32,000 bases of DNA, from contig NZ_JAHDSX010000010.1 in assembly GCF_020969955.1 (NCBI RefSeq), forward strand, positions 1 to 32,000. The letters are read 5' to 3'. Positions 1 through 8,514 of this stretch are shown here, one piece after another (position 1 is the first letter of the stretch; every line of letters starts with the position of its first letter). A model generated the notes under the pieces. It was given only the letters and a program-made list of their open reading frames with translations. It was not told the DNA's origin and made no database searches. The position numbers and the translations under genes are program-made. The stretch comes from Allobaculum fili (GTDB lineage Bacteria; Bacillota_I; Bacilli_A; Erysipelotrichales; Erysipelotrichaceae).

Positions 1-48
1 TTTGGAGAAATCGATACCGAGATCGATTGCAGGGATGATTGATTCCAT
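1..48 (-). CDS. 5' end of an unidentified protein-coding gene running off the left edge (MESIIPAIDLGIDFSK...)
   Basis: ATG (complement of 46-48) lies 7 nt downstream of GGAGG (complement of 56-60). The frame is open to position 1. Only 16 codons are visible, so no product can be assigned. Confidence 0.4.
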   Translation of the reverse strand, partial: MESIIPAIDLGIDFSK

Positions 49-204
49 GAAAAAGCCTCCTTGAATAAAGGAATTATCCCAAGGAGGCGGTCGAGAAAAT
101 ACCCGTCTTTTATTTGACGCTTACGAAGCATGAATTCTCAGCCTGAAAGCAAAGGAAAAGCCGGTCCGTCAAAGTCTGAAAGAAAGGACGGGATCCGGCC
201 AGAA

Positions 205-235
205 TAAAGAAAAAGACATCGCCAGACGATGTCCC
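205..235 (-). terminator. Rho-independent terminator downstream of tRNA-Gln
   Basis: On the minus strand, GACATCG-tctgg-CGATGTC is followed by TTTTTCTTT. A second weaker hairpin (about 153-200, GCCGGATCCCGTC...GACGGACCGGC followed by TTTTCC) follows it. Confidence 0.5.
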
Positions 236-271
236 TTTATTTGAGTCCATAAGCTGGACATGAATTTGCGA

Positions 272-347
272 TGGCTGGGGCAACTGGGATCGAACCAGTG
301 AAATGCAGGAGTCAAAGTCCTGTGCCTTACCGCTTGGCTATACCCCA
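272..347 (-). tRNA. tRNA-Gln (anticodon UUG)
   Basis: Reverse complement reads TGGGGTATAGCCAAGCGGTAAGGCACAGGACTTTGACTCCTG...ACTGGTTCGATCCCAGTTGCCCCAGCCA. It has a 7-bp acceptor stem, D and T arms (GGTTCGATCC), anticodon loop CUUUGAC and an encoded CCA. Confidence 0.9.
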
Positions 348-375
348 AGGCGCACAAAAAAGCAAAGGTATTGTA

Positions 376-834
376 TCAACCGCGAATTTTCCTGTCAACG
401 AACGCAGGAATGTGCGACTGAAGCCACTTGTGCTGCAAAGAGAGGCATTTGGAAACGACTTTTTCCAGCGCAGAATCGTTGATCCGGCGGCTTTCAAAAC
501 GAATCTGATCGTTTTCAAATAAGGAAATGGAATTGAAGGCGCTCTTGATCTGCCGTCCGAATACAGGGCGCATCTGAAGCAGTCCGGCTTCCGAAGCGAT
601 CCGGTAATCGGGATCAAACGACAGGTACGTATGGCAGTGAAACGTGGAAACAATGGCTTTGACAGAGCTGTCGGGGTCCTTGCCGCAAAGGACAAGATGG
701 ATCCGGCAGTTCAGTACGCCAAACCAGACTGACCACTCCTGCAGCAGCACGAGCTTTCTGGAAAGCAGGTCCGCCGTGGAAGAAGCAATCAGAATGTTTA
801 AAACAAGCGGGTGGTCTTTCAACAGGTCTTTCAT
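376..834 (-). CDS. hypothetical protein (152 aa)
   Basis: The ORF has protein-like composition, is divergent from the MreB-like gene and ends 28 nt before tRNA-Gln. The SD is weak. I recognised no family. Confidence 0.5.
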   Translation of the reverse strand: MKDLLKDHPLVLNILIASSTADLLSRKLVLLQEWSVWFGVLNCRIHLVLCGKDPDSSVKAIVSTFHCHTYLSFDPDYRIASEAGLLQMRPVFGRQIKSAFNSISLFENDQIRFESRRINDSALEKVVSKCLSLQHKWLQSHIPAFVDRKIRG

Positions 835-895
835 ACTCTCTTAAATCCGTGGTTCTGTACGATATAATATTAGCAACTCAGGGAGGCATCGTCTA

Positions 896-1867
896 ATGGT
901 TCGAGCGGGTATAGATTTAGGAGCCCACAGTCTGCGGCTGATTGTGGACGGAGAGGGCGTTGTATTTGATGAGCCTTCTGTTGTCGCGTTCAATGAAAAG
1001 GGAGATGTTCTGGCCATCGGGGAGCAGGCGTACGATCTGCGCTCGTCCAGGGACCGGACGATCCGTTTAGTCCGCCCGATCCGTGATCAGGGCGTGGATA
1101 CAAAAGCGCTCGAAGCCATGCTCAACGAACTGTGCTATGAATTCCGGCTGTTTCGACTGTTCCAGAAAACGACGCTTCTGTTAAGCTATTCTTCTGCGTT
1201 TTCGGAAGAAGATATTTTGCATCTGAAACAGACGCTTCTCGATCTGGGCGCCAGTCAGATTTATTTCGATCCGGAAATCTGGATGGCAGCCGTTGGATCC
1301 GGCCTGGATCTGTTCTTGCCGGTTTCGAGCTGCGTTCTTTCGGTCGGCTTTTCCAACTGCGATATCGCCATTTTCCGTCAGGGACAGCGCATTTATCACG
1401 CTTCGAACCCTTCGCTCAATGGCCGCAGAGCCAGCGAGCTGGCAGCAAAGTACCTGCTTCGCCATCACGATCTGATTCCGGATGAGCAGACGCTCGATTT
1501 GCTGATTCAGTCCATCGGCGCGGTACGTCTTTCATCTAAGGATCAGTACGTGCGCATCAAAGGGCGCCTGCGGGATACCGAAAAGCAAATTGAAATCCCG
1601 GTCAGCCAGAATGAAATGGCTGCGGTACTCGCACCGTTTGCCAGAGAACTCGGTCTGTGGGTTTCTTCGTTTGTGCGCGGCTTGCCGGAAAACATTCAGC
1701 TCGATCTTTCGGAACGGGGAATTGTCGCCAGCGGCGGTACGATGAAGATGCTTGGCCTGGCCGATCAGATCGGCGCGCTGGCCGGATGTCCCGTTTACTG
1801 CACCGATGAGCCCGATCGAACGGTCTCCCGGGGCATGGAAGCGCTTCTCGAAACCATTGGACGCTGA
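896..1867 (+). CDS. MreB/Mbl-family actin-like protein, divergent, with degenerate nucleotide-binding motifs
   Basis: GGGAGG SD lies upstream of the ATG. It aligns end to end with MreB (GIDLG, EPSVVA, VRPIRDQGV, PEIWMAAVGSGL, GIVASGG, DEPDRTVSRG). The phosphate and adenosine motifs are eroded (see findings). Confidence 0.75.
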   Translation: MVRAGIDLGAHSLRLIVDGEGVVFDEPSVVAFNEKGDVLAIGEQAYDLRSSRDRTIRLVRPIRDQGVDTKALEAMLNELCYEFRLFRLFQKTTLLLSYSSAFSEEDILHLKQTLLDLGASQIYFDPEIWMAAVGSGLDLFLPVSSCVLSVGFSNCDIAIFRQGQRIYHASNPSLNGRRASELAAKYLLRHHDLIPDEQTLDLLIQSIGAVRLSSKDQYVRIKGRLRDTEKQIEIPVSQNEMAAVLAPFARELGLWVSSFVRGLPENIQLDLSERGIVASGGTMKMLGLADQIGALAGCPVYCTDEPDRTVSRGMEALLETIGR

Positions 1868-1903
1868 GAAAGGGCATACCTTTCAGGCTTTCGGACTTTT
1901 CGT

Positions 1904-1932
1904 TTGCAAACAAAGTGACAATTGAATATATT
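1904..1932 (+). promoter_or_regulatory. putative sigma-A promoter upstream of infA
   Basis: TTGCAA (1904-1909), a 17-nt spacer, then TATATT (1927-1932). Motif match only. Confidence 0.3.
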
Positions 1933-2040
1933 GATAGATGGCTATTTATACAATTCACGATAAATTTGCTTCAATTTGCGAACAGGATTCGCTAAAAATT
2001 GGCTGAAAATAGAAACTAAACAGGAGGAACTTGAGCATAC

Positions 2041-2259
2041 ATGGCTAAACAGGACATGATCGAACTTGATGGCTTGGTAACGGATACACTTCCAAACGCC
2101 GCATTTAAAGTAAAACTGGAAAACGGACACGAAATTCTGGCTCATGTTTCTGGAAAGATTCGTCTGCACCACATTCGTATTCTTCCCGGCGACAGAGTAA
2201 GAGTGGATATTTCCCCTTACGACCTCACACGCGGACGCATCACCTTCCGCTACAAATAA
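2041..2259 (+). CDS. infA: translation initiation factor IF-1
   Basis: The 72-aa product [72 protein letters not shown] is near-identical in pattern to bacterial IF-1. AGGAGGAA SD is present. Confidence 0.96.
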   Translation: MAKQDMIELDGLVTDTLPNAAFKVKLENGHEILAHVSGKIRLHHIRILPGDRVRVDISPYDLTRGRITFRYK

Positions 2260-2336
2260 GGTATACCGCCTGAATAAACAGGATACATACGACAGGAAAG
2301 TTCAGAGTCAGCGAATTCTGAACAAGGAGGTACATC

Positions 2337-3284
2337 ATGGAAGTTTTTACCCGGGCAGCATTCAATCAGCTTCCTGACGGCACGGATACTCGCGCCTCTT
2401 TTACATTTGAACCCCTCGCACGCGGGTTTGGAACCACCATTGGCAACGCCATCTGCAGAACTCTGCTCTCGGATCTTCCGAGCACAGCCGTTATGGCTTA
2501 TAAAGTGGAAGGCGCTCCTGCCGATGCCGCTAAACTTGATGAAATCGAAGAAGATATTATTCGTCTGAAACTGAATCTGAAAAAGATCCAGCTTGAAACC
2601 GAAGATACGGGAATCACCGAACTGCAGTTAGTGAAAACCGGCCCTTGCACAGTAACCGCCGGCGATCTGATCTGCCCGGAAAACACAACGATTACCGATC
2701 CGGATCAGGTGATCTGCACCGTTAAGGAAAACCAGACACTGAACATGACGCTGTTTGCGGCGACCGACGGCGGCTACAAGACAGCAGGCGAAATTGAAAA
2801 AGAATACGACCTTCCCGAAGGAACGGTCTGCCTCGATACAACCTTTACACCGATTAAATCCGCAGAATATCTGTCCGAGCCGACGCTGCTTGGTCACGAT
2901 ACGAAGTATGACAAAGTCACATTCGACATTCATACCAACGGAAGCATTACGCCGCTGAACGCCGTTACGGAAGCTGCGCGTATTGTCATCGGCTATCTCG
3001 ATAATATTTATCCGGCTGCGCAGATGGAACTCGAAGAAAGCTTCACCGTTCAGCCGCCGGTTACGGAAGAAGTGGCGAAGTCTTCGACAATGATGATCGA
3101 AGATCTTGAGCTGTCTGTCCGCTCCTACAACTGCCTCAAACGTGCAGGCATTCAGACTGTAGAAGAGCTGACCCAGAAGACCGAAGATGAAATGATGCAC
3201 GTGAAAAACCTCGGCAAGAAGTCGCTTCAGGAAGTCAAGGACCGTCTCGAAGCCATGGGACTTGGTTTCCGGCAGTACGACTGA
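2337..3284 (+). CDS. rpoA: DNA-directed RNA polymerase subunit alpha
   Basis: AAGGAGG SD. N-terminal domain motif EPLARGFGTTIGNA. The C-terminal domain IEDLELSVRSYNCLKRAGIQTVEELTQKTEDEMMHVKNLGKKSLQEVKDRLEAMGLGF is canonical alpha-CTD. Confidence 0.92.
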   Translation: MEVFTRAAFNQLPDGTDTRASFTFEPLARGFGTTIGNAICRTLLSDLPSTAVMAYKVEGAPADAAKLDEIEEDIIRLKLNLKKIQLETEDTGITELQLVKTGPCTVTAGDLICPENTTITDPDQVICTVKENQTLNMTLFAATDGGYKTAGEIEKEYDLPEGTVCLDTTFTPIKSAEYLSEPTLLGHDTKYDKVTFDIHTNGSITPLNAVTEAARIVIGYLDNIYPAAQMELEESFTVQPPVTEEVAKSSTMMIEDLELSVRSYNCLKRAGIQTVEELTQKTEDEMMHVKNLGKKSLQEVKDRLEAMGLGFRQYD

Positions 3285-3411
3285 TTCCAGGCAAGCAGGC
3301 TGCGCTGTATTCCCTGAGAAGAGGGAGAAATTTCAGCCCGCAAAGCGGGAACGGAATTTCAGAACACGAAGCGCGCTGTCAGCCAGCACGAAATCCATTA
3401 TCGATACAGAA

Positions 3412-3449
3412 AGAGGAAGTCCGGATCGAATCGGACCTCCTCTTTTTCT
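3412..3449 (+). terminator. Rho-independent terminator about 128 nt after rpoA
   Basis: AGAGGAAGTCCG-gatcgaat-CGGACCTCCTCT (12 bp, one mismatch) followed by TTTTT. Confidence 0.6.
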
Positions 3450-3898
3450 GCTTTCAGGGGCGTTATCGGCGTATAAAAGGACGAAATCCACCGATATTCG
3501 ACAGGCGGAAAAATACCATCCCAAGCGGCTGGATTTATCGTGAAGAAAAGGATCCCGTCCCTTTGAAAAACGTCTGTACATTGCATTAAGAAAAATGTAA
3601 GTATAGGGCAATTGATCTGGATTTTCGATTTAGCTATGATATTTTTATAGAAATGAAACCAAATGATTTGAAATGAACAGTATGAAAACAGCTTTCAGCG
3701 TTTGCGTTTACTCCCGTTTTTTCAATCTGCAGGGCAGTACAGAGTGAACAAAACAGGCAGAACAAGAACAGGCGTTCCGGATACCCAGAATCCAGAGAAG
3801 AAAGCCCAGACTTTTCACAAATCGAATCCCGAAAATGCTTCGGCCGCGCCGCATGCATTTACATACAGTAAGTACAGAAAGTGAGGAATTGCATATTT

Positions 3899-4114
3899 AT
3901 GGCAAAAGATTTTTTCAAAGATCGCAAAGCGATTATCAGCACGATTCTCGATAACATGCAGGGCTCGAATGAATTCGATGAGTCCAAATACTACACGATC
4001 GACATTCTCGACGTGGACGGTGAAACCGCCAAGGTAATGGTCTGCGATGATTACCGCTACCTGACAAAGGAAGAAGGCACCTGGAAAGAAGTGCCGCAGG
4101 CTTCCAAAGCGTAA
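3899..4114 (+). CDS. small hypothetical protein (71 aa, MAKDFFKDRKAII...)
   Basis: ATG at 3899 lies 10 nt downstream of GAGGA (3884-3888). The ORF-track GTG at 3881 overlaps the SD and is less likely. No recognisable family. Confidence 0.5.
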   Translation: MAKDFFKDRKAIISTILDNMQGSNEFDESKYYTIDILDVDGETAKVMVCDDYRYLTKEEGTWKEVPQASKA

Positions 4115-4205
4115 TCGCCAAAAGCCTGTTTTCTCGCGCAGCGTATGACGTTCGAGGACAGGCTGTATGACAGGCTTGCTAAAAAAAGCACAAAACGTAT
4201 TTAAA

Positions 4206-4269
4206 ACGAAAAAGCGGCCCGTACCGCAGAACGTTCCCTTGAGGGGAAGGCTCTGCGGTACGGGCCGCT
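4206..4269 (-). terminator. Rho-independent terminator of the cydDC-like operon (also usable from the + side)
   Basis: 17-bp arms AGCGGCCCGTACCGCAG (4213-4229) and CTGCGGTACGGGCCGCT (4253-4269). On the minus strand they are followed by TTTTCGTTTT. Confidence 0.65.
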
Positions 4270-4294
4270 TTCGTACAGGGATGTATGGGCAGGC

Positions 4295-6427
4295 TTAGTC
4301 TTCGAGTGTGCGGATTCCAAAGCGGAAGTAAAGGACGTGGCCGATCCAGACGGCCACAAGAATCCACTGGACCCAGGGCAGATGGAAGAGCATCAGCCAG
4401 CTGCAGAGAAGCACGAGCGAGATCGTCATCAGAACGCGCTTCTTAGCCTGCGGACGCATGGCACGGTGTTCAACCCAGTCTTTGGCATTGTCCTGATACA
4501 GCCGGGATGCGACAAAGCGATCGTGCAGCTTCTCGCTGCTTCGCCCAAAGCCAAAGGCGGCCATCAGCGCGAAAGGAAAGGACGGCAGAACGGGCAGGAT
4601 GGCTCCAAGAACGCAAAGAAACAGTCCGACGAAGCCGATCAGCAGAAACAGCGGCTTTTCGATGCGGTTCTGGTTGTCGTAGTACAGATGGCGAAGAGCC
4701 ATGACTGGATGATGGAGAAGCATGCGCGGGCCGGAATAGCGCATGACCTGACGAATCTGTTTGCGCCGCTCGTTTCGGTAACAGTGCACCTGGCACTGGG
4801 AACAGAATATTTTCGTTTCCATGAACGGGCATTTGGAAATGCGCACAACGGCGTATTCCAGCAGCTCTTTTTCTTCATGGGGATTGGGATACTTTTTGTA
4901 GTAGAGGGCGATCATTTCCTGGACGACACGTGCCTCAAAGGCCCGTTTCTTTTCAGCCCTGCGCTGCTTTTCGCCGGACGAAAGAGAACTTCCGCTTTCC
5001 GCCAGCATGGTATCCAGCCCCTGATCGAGGGAATCGATGAAGGTATCGATGCTGGCCTTTTTGCACGCTCTGCGAATTTCTTTGTCTGTCGCATCGGGTT
5101 TGGCGGCTAAAAGGTTATTGCGAAGGGTATCGGTAAACAGAACGCTCTCCTGCAAAACCACAGACTGTTTTGTACGCAGGAAATCCGTCTGTACGTCTTT
5201 CAGATTTTCATCGCCAAGGCGGGCTGTCCCGGCCTGCGGATCGAAAAAGCGCATGAGCAGGCGAAGCAGAGTGGATTGTCCGCAGCCGCTTCTGCCTTCG
5301 ATTCCGGTGATTTTTCCTTCCGGAAAAGACAGGGAAAGACTTTCCAGGATCGCCTGATCGTCATAGGCAAAGGCGAGATTTTCCACCGCCATGGCGCTCG
5401 ATTCTGGGCAGGCCCCTTTTTCGTTTTCCCTGACGGTAACTTCTTCATCAAACAGCGTCAGGACGCGGCGAGCGGCCCCAAGCGTGGAGGACAGACCGGT
5501 CGACAGATTGGCCAGCGCCAGAAATGGTCCAAAGGTTGAGGACTGGAGCACGAGACACGCAAGGAAGCTTTGTGCACCGATCTGATCGTGCCGGTAAAGA
5601 TAGAGACCAAGAAAAAGCATGAAGAGCATCGAGAGAGTAACGATAGCCAGAGAGGCAGAAGAAGCGGCCACGGTCTGTTTTTTCTGCTCGTCTTCCAGCA
5701 CGAGCAGTTCTTCCGTCTTTTCGTTCATTCGTGCTTTGCGGACGCCTTCAAGATCGTACTGAATGATTTCGTCCGCGCCGCGCACGTTTTCCAGCACTGT
5801 CGCGCTCAGATCGCCGACAGCCTTACGACGGGCAATGCCGGTTTTCTGTGCGGCAGAACCGAAAATCAGCGGAATGCCAAAGGCAGCCAGCGCGTAGCTG
5901 CAAAGAAGCAGGACGCCGATGGACCAGTGAATCCAGAAACCGGCAGCTCCAAAGAGGACGGCGCAGCAGATCGCGATGCAGAACGGAGAAATCGTGTGGG
6001 CATAAAACACTTCCAGAAGTTCCACATCCGAAGTGATCAGAGCGATCAGATCGCCCTTTTTACGCCCGTCCAGCCGGGCTGGACCGAGCCGGCACAGCTG
6101 ACCGAAAACTTTATCGCGAATCGTGGCCAGAAGACGAAAGGCAATGTAGTGGTTGCACGCCTGCTCGCCATAGCGAAGGACGCCGCGCAAAACGGCGAAC
6201 AGTCCCATGCAAAGGCAGGCTGTCCCGAAGGAGATCGAAATGGAGCCAGGTATATGGGAGAATGCGGCCAGGACGGCCATCATCCCGATTCCGGCAGCAC
6301 ACACGAATCCGGCGGTTCCGGCCAGAATGGCGAGAATCATCCAGCATTCCATGCCGTGCACCAGCTTGAGCAGACTGCGCAGTACGCCAAAGGTGGAGAG
6401 ATTCTTATTCGTTTTCTTCGCGTTCAT
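4295..6427 (-). CDS. cydC: CydC-like ABC exporter (TMD plus truncated NBD) fused in frame to a nitrous-oxide-stimulated-promoter-family (NOSP) domain and a YbaN/DUF454 membrane domain
   Basis: AAAGGAGAAAG SD. TMD with the CydC-type GDLIALITSDVELLEVFYAHTISP motif. NBD Walker A is GRSGCGQST and the signature is LSSGEKQR; the ABC sequence then stops. It continues as AEKKRAFEARVVQEMIALYY...CPFMETKIFCSQCQVHCY...MRYSGPRMLLHHP (NOSP family), then ILPVLPSFPFALMAAFGFGRSS... (YbaN family). Confidence 0.8.
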   Translation of the reverse strand: MNAKKTNKNLSTFGVLRSLLKLVHGMECWMILAILAGTAGFVCAAGIGMMAVLAAFSHIPGSISISFGTACLCMGLFAVLRGVLRYGEQACNHYIAFRLLATIRDKVFGQLCRLGPARLDGRKKGDLIALITSDVELLEVFYAHTISPFCIAICCAVLFGAAGFWIHWSIGVLLLCSYALAAFGIPLIFGSAAQKTGIARRKAVGDLSATVLENVRGADEIIQYDLEGVRKARMNEKTEELLVLEDEQKKQTVAASSASLAIVTLSMLFMLFLGLYLYRHDQIGAQSFLACLVLQSSTFGPFLALANLSTGLSSTLGAARRVLTLFDEEVTVRENEKGACPESSAMAVENLAFAYDDQAILESLSLSFPEGKITGIEGRSGCGQSTLLRLLMRFFDPQAGTARLGDENLKDVQTDFLRTKQSVVLQESVLFTDTLRNNLLAAKPDATDKEIRRACKKASIDTFIDSLDQGLDTMLAESGSSLSSGEKQRRAEKKRAFEARVVQEMIALYYKKYPNPHEEKELLEYAVVRISKCPFMETKIFCSQCQVHCYRNERRKQIRQVMRYSGPRMLLHHPVMALRHLYYDNQNRIEKPLFLLIGFVGLFLCVLGAILPVLPSFPFALMAAFGFGRSSEKLHDRFVASRLYQDNAKDWVEHRAMRPQAKKRVLMTISLVLLCSWLMLFHLPWVQWILVAVWIGHVLYFRFGIRTLED

Positions 6428-8165
6428 ACAGACTTTCTCCTTTCACGTACTGTTCCAGTTTCTGCTGGGCAGAATAAATGCGTTCGAATTCGCCCCCGGC
6501 TTCTTTCAGATCTTCGAATCGTCCCTGTTCAACGAGTTTTCCATGGGCGAAAACGAGAATCTGCTTCGCGCGTTTCACGTTGGAAAGGCGATGGGTAATA
6601 AAGAAGACGGGATGCTCTTTGGAAAATTCCTCGATTAAATGAACGAGAATGGCTTCGCTGGCAGCATCAATGGAAGAAGTTGCTTCATCGAGCAGAAGCG
6701 CGGAGGGTTCGCTGGAGAGAAGCCGGGCGAACGCCAGCCGCTGTTTCTGTCCGCCGGATAGGTTGGATCCGCCTTCCTCCAGGACAAAATCCAGGCCGCC
6801 CCGCTTCTGGATGAGCGGCCAGATCAGCGTTTTTCTGAGAATCTCGATCAGGGTTGGATCATCGATTTCTCTTGATCCGCACAGGTTTTCGCGGACGGTT
6901 CCCGCAAAGAGGACCGGCTGGCTGTTCAGAACGCCGATGTGACGAGCCAGACTTTTTCTCGACAGACTTTCCAGCGGCTGATCGTTGAGCGTCAGCGTTC
7001 CATCGTCAAAACGCAGGCGTCCATAAAGCAGGGAAGCCAGAGTGCTTTTTCCCGAACCGGATTCGCCTGCGATGCCATACAGACCGTTTCCCTGAAGCGA
7101 AAAGGATACATGTTCGAGCGCTGGCTTTGTCGCCTCTGGATACGTGAAGGACAGATCTCTGGCTTCGATATCCAGAGCCGGAAAAGCCGAGTCCAGACAA
7201 AGTTCCTCGCTGCCGTCCTGAACGGGAGTGTCGAGAATTGCGAACATTTTATCGGCTGCCGCGGATCCATTCATGGAAATATGGAAATAACTGCCCAGCG
7301 TACGCATCGGCAGAAAAAATTCCGCGGAAAGCAGGATGATCGAAAGCATTGTGGAGGCACCGATCTGTCCGTGCAGGCAGCCGTAAAGCGCCATACCCAT
7401 GCCCAGCGCGCTTCCGCCGTAGGCAACAAGGTCCATGACGGAAATCGAGTTGAGTTGCATGATGAGAACGCGCATGGTAATGCGGCGGAAGTTTTCCGCC
7501 TGACGGTTCATCTTTTCGTGATAGAGGCCATCCGTTCCGTAAAGCTTGAGGGTGGTAAGTCCCTGCAGGTTTTCCAGGAAGTCATCCGACAGCCCCGTGT
7601 ACTGATCCCAGTAGCGGGAAAGCAGTTTTTTGGCAAATTTCTGTACGGCGATGATGGAAACAGGAATAAGCGGAACGCAGACAAACAGCACAAGGGCTGC
7701 CGGCCAGTAAAGAAATCCGACGATCAGAAACAGCGTGAGCGGAGCGAGCAGAGCGTAAAAGAACTGCGGCAAATACTGGCCAAACCAGACTTCGAGCTGT
7801 TCAACGCCTTCGCTGGTCAGCTGGGAAATTTCCGAGGTACTCCATCGGTTGCGATAGCTGCTGCCAAGCTGGCTGAGCTTGTCAAAAAGACGTTCGCGCA
7901 GCTGCCGGCGAACAAGGGCCGCGGCCTGGAACGAAGCACGGGAGGCCATTTTTAAAGCCATCTGGCGCACAATCAGACAGGCAAGAACGAGTAAAGCGGT
8001 ATTCCATACGGAAAGGGAAGGCGTCCCGAAAATGGAGGCTGCGCATACGCACAGCGCGATCGTGGAAAGGCTCGAAGCCAGCAGGGAAATCCACTGAAAG
8101 AAAATGTTTCTGCTAATATAAGGAAACGTATCCGGGAAGGCTTTCAGAAGACGTTTGTTCAGCAT
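6405..8165 (-). CDS. cydD: CydD-like ABC exporter subunit (TMD plus complete NBD)
   Basis: Start chosen at MLNKRLLKAF (ATG complement of 8163-8165) behind AGGAG. The ORF-track start at 8348 adds 61 non-protein-like residues. The NBD is complete: GESGSGKST, LSGGQKQR, LLLDEATS, ITHR. It overlaps the cydC start by 23 nt. Confidence 0.85.
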   Translation of the reverse strand: MLNKRLLKAFPDTFPYISRNIFFQWISLLASSLSTIALCVCAASIFGTPSLSVWNTALLVLACLIVRQMALKMASRASFQAAALVRRQLRERLFDKLSQLGSSYRNRWSTSEISQLTSEGVEQLEVWFGQYLPQFFYALLAPLTLFLIVGFLYWPAALVLFVCVPLIPVSIIAVQKFAKKLLSRYWDQYTGLSDDFLENLQGLTTLKLYGTDGLYHEKMNRQAENFRRITMRVLIMQLNSISVMDLVAYGGSALGMGMALYGCLHGQIGASTMLSIILLSAEFFLPMRTLGSYFHISMNGSAAADKMFAILDTPVQDGSEELCLDSAFPALDIEARDLSFTYPEATKPALEHVSFSLQGNGLYGIAGESGSGKSTLASLLYGRLRFDDGTLTLNDQPLESLSRKSLARHIGVLNSQPVLFAGTVRENLCGSREIDDPTLIEILRKTLIWPLIQKRGGLDFVLEEGGSNLSGGQKQRLAFARLLSSEPSALLLDEATSSIDAASEAILVHLIEEFSKEHPVFFITHRLSNVKRAKQILVFAHGKLVEQGRFEDLKEAGGEFERIYSAQQKLEQYVKGESLYEREENE

Positions 8166-8514
8166 AAAGGGCTCCTTTCTGATGCTCCTTGCATAAAGAC
8201 GGACATTCCGTCTCCAAATGAAAAAGGTCGCAATCCATGCTGCCGCGCTGACCCGGTCTGTTTTCAAAAGGCGGGGGAGAGTCAGAAAGTTAGCGTGGAT
8301 TAACGGTTTGCGCCGACTAACTATACAGATGGATTTTCCCGTGTGCAAGCCATTCCTTTCGCTTTTCGAACAAAAAGGGATCCAATTTGTATGAATTCGC
8401 TTTCCGGACTGACGGACAGGAGAGCGGATGAAAGAATAGAAAATTTATCGTCTACGCAAAAAAATGAGCAGAAAATGAAAAAGGCCGCATGGCCGTAAGG
8501 AGAGGAGCGATTAT

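Noticed and set aside
3262-3858. ORFs of 60-93 aa on both strands downstream of rpoA (3262-3543, 3333-3611, 3398-3586, 3634-3858, 3702-3884), considered as rplQ or other genes.
   Set aside because: None resembles L17 or any family I recognise. They mutually overlap, span the rpoA terminator and have junk composition.
8166-8348. Extra 61 N-terminal codons of the CydD ORF-track entry.
   Set aside because: The composition is not protein-like (MHTGKSICIVSRRKPLIHANF...). A good AGGAG SD precedes the internal ATG at 8165, which gives a family-typical N-terminus.
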